From Nitrososphaerota archaeon (GTDB taxonomy: Archaea; Thermoproteota; Nitrososphaeria; Nitrososphaerales; Gagatemarchaeaceae): 64,000 nt of DNA. The DNA lies in the NCBI GenBank assembly GCA_029785215.1, contig JAFMAB010000003.1, positions 9,430 to 73,429 on the forward strand. Direction: 5' to 3'. The notes below the pieces were generated by a model. The model was not told the DNA's origin. It did not search any database and saw only the letters and a program-made list of their open reading frames with translations. Made by a program: the position numbers and the translations under genes. Positions 58,097-64,000 of the stretch are shown one piece after another. Numbering within the stretch: position 1 is the first letter of the stretch; every line of letters begins with the position of its first letter.

Positions 58097-59043
58097 AGGA
58101 TCCTCGCCTCTCCACCGACCCCGGAAAGGTACGCCCTGTAACCGAGTTTCTCCATGGCATTCAGAACCTTGTCTTGGTCCTTCTCGTCTGTGTTGATGAA
58201 GACCGACGGCCCGGTCTGCATGGAGTAGTACGCCTTTATCCCGTCCTCCCGCATGTCTCTCACCTTCCTGATTATCCTGATGGAGTCCTCTGTCATTATG
58301 ACCAGACCGCTGTCCCCGGTCATGGTCAGGCTGTGGAGTTCGAGGGTGTCCCTTTCTGCCAGCCTGCCGATGGCGTCGAGGTCGTTCCCCCGGATGGCCT
58401 TCTCCATCTCGTCGCACCGCTTCTGGGCTGACTCCACCCTCGCCTGGAAGAAGGGAGAGGTGAGCACCTCTCTGTGCGCGTCTTCTGTCCGTACCCTCGA
58501 CGGGAGGGGGACGACCACCATGCGCAGGTCCATCACCTTGGCGTCGGCGAACCTCTCGGCGTAGGTGCTTTCGTCATCCTTCCCCGCATACAGCCTCGAA
58601 AAGCCGCCGACCAGAGACCGCGAGGCGGACGCTGCGAACAGCCGAGCCTTCCTGGAGAGTCGGGGTAGGTCGGGGGTGGTCCCGGTCAGGAGCCTATGGG
58701 CGAGGAGGGTCAGCGCCGCGCCAGCCGATGATGAGTAACCTATCCCTTTCGCCTTCCCTGTTGGGACGTTCCGGCTGTCTATCCTGAGGTCGACGACCCT
58801 CTTCGAGGGGTCCATACTAGACACGACCCCCTGGAGCCGGACGTTGGCGGAGTCGTTCTGCCTTCCTTCTATGAAGACACCCCCCCTCTCTGTGTCTGTG
58901 ATAGACGCCTCCGTCTTCATGCAAGTCGTGTTGACTGAGATGCTGTCGTGGTACGGGAGCCTCAGCTTCCAGTCCTTGAGGCCGTGATACTTCACCAGCG
59001 CTTGCATGGTGTACGCCTCTGCCCTGAACCTCGCCAACGTCAC
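58093..59043 (-). CDS. mvaD: Phosphomevalonate/diphosphomevalonate decarboxylase homologue (GHMP)
   Basis: QALVKYHG...RLPYHDSIS, KGIGYSSSAGAA, ASRSLVGG; MQTGPS at the usual DxGP motif. Confidence 0.8.
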   Translation of the reverse strand: MTLARFRAEAYTMQALVKYHGLKDWKLRLPYHDSISVNTTCMKTEASITDTERGGVFIEGRQNDSANVRLQGVVSSMDPSKRVVDLRIDSRNVPTGKAKGIGYSSSAGAALTLLAHRLLTGTTPDLPRLSRKARLFAASASRSLVGGFSRLYAGKDDESTYAERFADAKVMDLRMVVVPLPSRVRTEDAHREVLTSPFFQARVESAQKRCDEMEKAIRGNDLDAIGRLAERDTLELHSLTMTGDSGLVIMTEDSIRIIRKVRDMREDGIKAYYSMQTGPSVFINTDEKDQDKVLNAMEKLGYRAYLSGVGGEARIL

Positions 59044-59504
59044 TCCACCTCTATCTCGAGTGTCCCCGTGGTCGCAGGACTCCTCAGCAGCCTGACCATG
59101 TCCCTGGGGATGTCCTTCGCGGCTGCGCTCGCCCCCACCGCTAGCGTCCTGTCGCTGACGAACCCGCTCTTCCTGATCACGATATCATGCGGATGGGAAA
59201 GCTCGAGCCTGGAGTCCCCCTGAGCCGCGGCCTGGAAGGTGCGCCCTCCGACTCTAATCCTGATGGTGACCTTGGCCCCTGTCCTCCGCAACCCTTCCCT
59301 CACAGCCTGGCTGATCCCGGCGCACCCTTTGTCAGCCCCGACGCCTATTATGCAGTCACCCTTCTCCGTCAGATGTCCGTCGGTGGTGACCTCCATGGTG
59401 GTAGCATGGGTGGACCTCACCATCGGGTGACCTCGGAAGCTCACTTCGTCCCTGACTGGTCCGCCTTCCCTCACCGATGAAACCTCCCTGGGGGTGGCTA
59501 ACAT
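59040..59504 (-). CDS. DUF371 family protein
   Basis: GHPMVRSTHATTMEVT, GDCIIGV, IVIRKSGF. Confidence 0.88.
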   Translation of the reverse strand: MLATPREVSSVREGGPVRDEVSFRGHPMVRSTHATTMEVTTDGHLTEKGDCIIGVGADKGCAGISQAVREGLRRTGAKVTIRIRVGGRTFQAAAQGDSRLELSHPHDIVIRKSGFVSDRTLAVGASAAAKDIPRDMVRLLRSPATTGTLEIEVE

Positions 59505-59566
59505 CGTAGCTCCAGCCCACTGACAACGTCTTTATAGTTTCGAGGCTCCGCCGTCCCCAAGTCCCC

Positions 59567-59818
59567 TTGACCACGGAGTATGAACAGTTGCTCTCAAGGA
59601 TGCTGGAAGAGAAGAGGGCCAAGCTGGCCGAGTTGACTGGGAAGAAGGGGACCGACAAGGACTCGGCGTCAGTGGCGTCAGACATCAAGTTTCTGGAGGT
59701 AGAGCTCCAGCGATATCAGCAGGGGATGGCACTGTTCCGGACGAAGAACCCCCCCCGGGTAGGCCGCTGGGGGACGCCCGAGGCGGAGGAACGCAGAGAA
59801 GAAGCGCAGCGGGCTTGA
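59567..59818 (+). CDS. Hypothetical protein
   Basis: TTTATA upstream; overlaps the next gene's start (TTGA). Confidence 0.55.
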   Translation: MTTEYEQLLSRMLEEKRAKLAELTGKKGTDKDSASVASDIKFLEVELQRYQQGMALFRTKNPPRVGRWGTPEAEERREEAQRA

Positions 59819-60756
59819 CGCTAATCCTGTCAGAGGCGGACGTCGAGGGCCTCCTCGACATGGACGAAGTGGTGAGTGTCGTTGAAGAGGCCTTCCGGAG
59901 GAAGGGGCAGGGCGAAGCGGAGAACTTCATGCGAACTAGGACTAGAGGGGCATCGTCCACGCTGAGCGTGATGCACGCCAGCATGCCATATCTCGGGCGC
60001 GCCGGGTTGAAAGCCTACCTCTCCTCTAAGTCCGGCACGAACTTCGTGGTCGTCCTCTTCGACGCAGCCGACTCCAAGCCGCTCGCAGTGATGGGGGCGG
60101 ACATGCTCGGCAGGTTCAGGACTGGGGCCGCTTCTGCCGTGGCTACGAAACATCTCTACAGGAACGCCTCTGGGTCGGTCGCAATCTTAGGCTCAGGGAA
60201 GCAGGCGCTGACCCAGATTCTCGCCCTCCGATCCATCATGTCGGTGGAGGAGGTGCGGATTTGGAGCCCCAACGAAAGGAGCCGAGGCGCCTTCGCCAGG
60301 GCGCTGGAAGAGAAAGGCTTCGCCGCAAAGGCGTTCGGCTCTCCTGAGCAGGCCGTCAGGGGTGCCCAGATTGCCACCACCATCACTTCGTCCACCTTGC
60401 CCTTCCTGGATGGTGCCATGCTCAGGGGTGTATCTCACGCCAACATCTGCGGCGCCAACGTCCCGACCCACGCCGAGATCTCGACCGACGCGGTCGCGTC
60501 ATTCCAGACGGTGGCAGTCGACGACCTCGCCCAGGCCAAGCTCGAGTACGGGGAGCTAATAAGGGCGGCAGAAGCGGGGCAATTCTCATGGGACTCAGCT
60601 GTGGAGCTGGGCGAGGTGGTCGCAGGGAGGCGGCAGCCCGAGGGACGTACCCTGTTCAAGTCAGGGGGGGCGGCCATCGAAGACGTCGCCGTGGCCAGCG
60701 CGCTGTACGAATTGGCGAGGGCTGGCGGGACCTTCCTTGATGTGAAGCTAGTCTGA
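59815..60756 (+). CDS. Ornithine cyclodeaminase / mu-crystallin family (alanine dehydrogenase-like)
   Basis: RTGAASAVA, GSGKQA, FKSGGAAIEDVA. Confidence 0.9.
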   Translation: MTLILSEADVEGLLDMDEVVSVVEEAFRRKGQGEAENFMRTRTRGASSTLSVMHASMPYLGRAGLKAYLSSKSGTNFVVVLFDAADSKPLAVMGADMLGRFRTGAASAVATKHLYRNASGSVAILGSGKQALTQILALRSIMSVEEVRIWSPNERSRGAFARALEEKGFAAKAFGSPEQAVRGAQIATTITSSTLPFLDGAMLRGVSHANICGANVPTHAEISTDAVASFQTVAVDDLAQAKLEYGELIRAAEAGQFSWDSAVELGEVVAGRRQPEGRTLFKSGGAAIEDVAVASALYELARAGGTFLDVKLV

Positions 60757-60765
60757 GCCTCTACC

Positions 60766-62400
60766 CTACATGGGCGGCATGCCGCCCATCCCTCCGCCTC
60801 CTGGCGGGGTAGGGGGGGCCTTCATCTTGCTCGCCGCTATCACGTCGTCGATCCTGAGGATCATCGACGCCGCCTCGGTCGCCGCGCGGAGTATCTGGAG
60901 CTTCACCGCGAGGGGCTCCCACACCGACTTCGAGTACATGTCGGTAACCTTCCCGTTGAGAGCATCGACTCCATACCACTTCCCCTCTTTGCCGTGCTTC
61001 GCCCTCAGGTCGACCTGCGTGTCAATCGGGTCCATCCCCGCATTCTCTGCGAGCGTCAAGGGGATGCTCTCCATGGCGTCGGCGAACTTCAGGGCAGCGA
61101 GCTGCTCCCTCCCAGAGAGCTTCTGCGCCCAGTTGCGTAGCTGTATCGAGACCTCCTCTTCGGGAGCACCGCCGCCGGCTACGACCGCAGGAAGCTCGAC
61201 GACGTCCTTCGTCACCATCAGCGCGTCGTGGAGCGCCCTCTCGGCTTCGTCCACCACCCGTTGGGTCCCTCCCCTCACGAGGATGCTCACTGCCTTCGGG
61301 TTCTTAGCCCCCTCTAAGAACACCCACTTGTCTTCTTCGAGCTTCCTCTCTTCCACCAGCTTCGCATACCCAAGGTCCTTCGAGGTGAGGTCATCGAGGT
61401 TGGTGACGATCCTGGCGCCGGTCGCCTTCGCCAGTTTGGTCATGTCGCTCTCCTTGACGCGCCTCACCGTCAGAATCCCTGACTTCGCGAGGAAGTGCTG
61501 CGCGAGGTCGTCGATCCCCTTCTGGCAGATCAGAACGGTCGCCCCGGCCGCCCGGACCTTCTCCACCATCCCCTTCAGGATGTTCGTCTCCTCGTCCATG
61601 AACTGCTGCATCTGCTGGGGGTCGTTGATCCTTATCTCAGCTGAGAACTCAGTCTTCTCGATCTCCAGGGCCGAGTTGACCAGAGCGATTTTCGCCTCGG
61701 CTACACGCTTGGGCATCCCTGAGTGGACGACTTCCTTGTCCAGCACCAGCCCCTTGATCATCTGCGTGTCCGTGAGGGCTCCGCCCGGCTTCTTCTCGAC
61801 CTTAACGTTGTCTATGTCCACCTTGAACCCGTCCCCGCGCTTCTCCGCTACCTGAAGCACTGCGTCGACCACTATCCCGGCCAGGTGTGGAGAGTCTTCG
61901 TTCACCAGCTTCGTCATCATGCTGGTGTTCGCTACCTTCAGCAGGTCTGCCCTGCTCTCGGGGTTGACCTTCTCCGCTATCGCCTCGAGGATTTCCTGGG
62001 CCTTCTCTGCGGCTCGGCCGTACCCGTCCACCACCACCACGGGGTGGACGTCCTTGTTGATCAGCTCCTCTGCCTTCTCGAGCAGCGCCCCTGCCACCAC
62101 CACCGCTGACGTCGTCCCGTCGCCGACTTCGTTGTCCGTGGCCTTGCTTATCTCAACCATCATCTTCGCCGCCGGATGCTGGACGTCGAGCTCCTTCAGC
62201 ATCGTCGCGCCGTCGTTGGTTATGGTGACGTCTCCCATGGAGTCGACGAGCATCTTGTCCATACCACGCGGCCCCAGTGAAGTCCTGACAACTTCGGCGA
62301 TGAGCTTCGCTGCGGCGACGTTGTTCCTCTGAGCCTCCCTCCCTCTAGACTCACCGGAACCCTCTTTCAGAATTATGACAGGCTGTCCAGTCGCTGACAT
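60766..62400 (-). CDS. ths: Thermosome (group II chaperonin) subunit
   Basis: LGPRGMDKM, TNDGAT, GDGTTS, GGM tail. Confidence 0.97.
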   Translation of the reverse strand: MSATGQPVIILKEGSGESRGREAQRNNVAAAKLIAEVVRTSLGPRGMDKMLVDSMGDVTITNDGATMLKELDVQHPAAKMMVEISKATDNEVGDGTTSAVVVAGALLEKAEELINKDVHPVVVVDGYGRAAEKAQEILEAIAEKVNPESRADLLKVANTSMMTKLVNEDSPHLAGIVVDAVLQVAEKRGDGFKVDIDNVKVEKKPGGALTDTQMIKGLVLDKEVVHSGMPKRVAEAKIALVNSALEIEKTEFSAEIRINDPQQMQQFMDEETNILKGMVEKVRAAGATVLICQKGIDDLAQHFLAKSGILTVRRVKESDMTKLAKATGARIVTNLDDLTSKDLGYAKLVEERKLEEDKWVFLEGAKNPKAVSILVRGGTQRVVDEAERALHDALMVTKDVVELPAVVAGGGAPEEEVSIQLRNWAQKLSGREQLAALKFADAMESIPLTLAENAGMDPIDTQVDLRAKHGKEGKWYGVDALNGKVTDMYSKSVWEPLAVKLQILRAATEAASMILRIDDVIAASKMKAPPTPPGGGGMGGMPPM

Positions 62401-62513
62401 AAAGTCCGGTATACAACCGATGGTTTATAAGAGTTGTTCCGGGTCGAGGAAGCACATCCGTACGGAGAGAGGGAATTCTTAAGTGCGGCCAGTTAAGGAC
62501 GCCGCCGAACGTT

Positions 62514-63209
62514 TTGTCCGCCACCCCGACCCTTTCGAAGAAGCTCGCGGCTGAGGCTGTGGGGACCTTCGTCTTCGTCCTCGTCGGCGCTGGGTCTGCC
62601 GTCGGCACCGCAAGCCTGGTCGGTCCTAATTCGGCCGCTGCGATACTCATCGCTGCCCTCGCGAACGGGCTCGGGCTCGGGGTGGCGATCTCGGCCACCA
62701 TGGCCGTCTCCGGCGGGGCTCTGAACCCGGCGGTCACCCTGGGTCTTTGGGCGGGGAGGAAGCTGAAGTCCAGAGACGTAGTGCCGTACATAATCGCGGA
62801 ACTGGTTGGGGCGACAGCCGCCGGACTGGCGCTGGAGGCCTCCTTCCCATCGGCCCTCGGGGACAGCGTTAAGTGGGGTTCGCCGACCCTCAGCAGCGCC
62901 CTGACAGCCGCTCAAGGGATGGCAATCGAAGGGCTACTGACGTTCGTGCTCGTCTTCGCCGTCTACGGGACGGCGGTCGACCCTAGGGCCCCACGGATAG
63001 GCGGACTGGGCGTAGGGCTTGCAGTGGTGGCTGACGTCCTGGTTGCTGGGAACCTCACCGGCGCAGCAATGAATCCGGCGAGGGCGTTTGGCCCTATGAT
63101 CGCGTCCGGGTTCTACCCTGGCTACTGGTACATCTATCTCGTCGGCCCTGTGCTTGGTGGAATCGCCGCCGGGCTGGTCTACAGGTACCTGATAGAGAGC
63201 AGAGCCTGA
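62514..63209 (+). CDS. Aquaporin / MIP channel
   Basis: SGGALNPAVT and AMNPARAFGP. Confidence 0.95.
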   Translation: MSATPTLSKKLAAEAVGTFVFVLVGAGSAVGTASLVGPNSAAAILIAALANGLGLGVAISATMAVSGGALNPAVTLGLWAGRKLKSRDVVPYIIAELVGATAAGLALEASFPSALGDSVKWGSPTLSSALTAAQGMAIEGLLTFVLVFAVYGTAVDPRAPRIGGLGVGLAVVADVLVAGNLTGAAMNPARAFGPMIASGFYPGYWYIYLVGPVLGGIAAGLVYRYLIESRA

Positions 63210-63241
63210 AAAGGGTCGCTAACAGATAAATCAGGAGAATA

Positions 63242-63727
63242 GTGAGGAGTTTGAAGTCCACGATGGGAAGACTCAGCAGGGAGCAGGCAAAGGAAATCCT
63301 CGTCGGCCTTGACTCCGCGCTGGGGAATTCCAATGGGAGGGCCGCGAGGGACGCCGTCGCGAAGTTCCTGAACGCCTCTGTCTCCACCTACTCGTGGGTA
63401 GGGATCTATGCCGTCGAAGGGAACGACCTGGTCCTAGAGTCCTGGGCTGGGCCTTCACCTACGGAACACACCCGCATCCCGATAGGGAAGGGCGTGTGCG
63501 GCTTCGCCGCCAAGGCTGGGAGGACAGAGATAGTCTCTGACGTAGGGAAGGACCCGAGGTATCTCCAATGCTTTCTTTCGACGAAGGCGGAAATCGTGGT
63601 CCCGATCTTGCACGACGGACGGGTCGTGGGGGAGATCGACATAGACAGCGATCAACTGGACGCGTTCTCGTCGGTCGACAAGGAGTTCCTTGAAGCTATG
63701 GCAAAGAAGGTCAGTGCCGTCTGGTAG
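63242..63727 (+). CDS. GAF-domain protein, free methionine-R-sulfoxide reductase-like
   Basis: WVGIY, IGKGVCG, YLQC, AEIVVP, IDIDS. Confidence 0.85.
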   Translation: MRSLKSTMGRLSREQAKEILVGLDSALGNSNGRAARDAVAKFLNASVSTYSWVGIYAVEGNDLVLESWAGPSPTEHTRIPIGKGVCGFAAKAGRTEIVSDVGKDPRYLQCFLSTKAEIVVPILHDGRVVGEIDIDSDQLDAFSSVDKEFLEAMAKKVSAVW

Positions 63728-63789
63728 CCAGAATTCAATAACATACGTTATAATCCTTAAATACGAACCGGGGTTCGGCGATTCAGGTT

Positions 63790-64000
63790 ATGAAGCTAGA
63801 GATAAAGGAGCTCCATGCTTCAGTCGAAGGCAAGGAGATACTCAAGGGAGTCAACCTCTCCGTCGGCCAGGGGGAGACCCACGCGCTGATGGGCCCCAAC
63901 GGCTCCGGTAAGAGCACCCTCGCCTACACCGTCATGGGGCACCCCAAGTACCAGGTGACCTCGGGTGAGATATTGATAGACGGGGAGAGTGTGGTGGGCC
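63790..64000 (+). CDS. sufC: Fe-S assembly ATPase SufC (3'-truncated by window edge)
   Basis: Own translation: EILKGVNL...[14 protein letters not shown]...MGHPKY. Confidence 0.93.
   Translation, partial: MKLEIKELHASVEGKEILKGVNLSVGQGETHALMGPNGSGKSTLAYTVMGHPKYQVTSGEILIDGESVVG

Noticed and set aside
953..63911. Numerous long antisense or alternate-frame ORFs in the track (e.g. 27393-28391, 33881-34864, 60770-61855)
   Set aside because: They shadow well-supported genes and are expected in GC-rich DNA; none shows family motifs.
1..64000. CRISPR array, cas genes, rRNA genes, recognisable defence systems
   Set aside because: No regularly spaced repeats, cas-like ORFs, rRNA signatures or defence gene families were seen.

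Overview
GC-rich archaeal chromosome segment, most consistent with a non-ammonia-oxidising Nitrososphaerota (Thaumarchaeota). This placement is an inference from gene content and order: Dph5-DUF357 fusion, HTH-fused FAD synthase, short eL15, and the kae1-bud32-uS15-DHH-pcc1-serS-eS1 cluster. The window is densely coding and mostly housekeeping (replication, translation, RNA processing, proteasome, thermosome). It also carries a threonine-catabolism cluster, a beta-oxidation/lipid-degradation cluster, an IS6-like transposase remnant with a passenger gene, and a gltD/sudA-like pseudogene. The most notable observations are: (1) a half-size HEAT protein with two DOHH-type His-Glu motifs, a candidate archaeal deoxyhypusine hydroxylase; (2) a phosphomevalonate-decarboxylase homologue whose catalytic Asp is Gln; (3) a tRNA-Lys(CUU) with two BHB-type introns, one non-canonical in the T arm; (4) a candidate C/D-box sRNA, unlisted microproteins and a repeated palindromic motif. 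All protein calls come from motif recognition by eye; no database searches were run.
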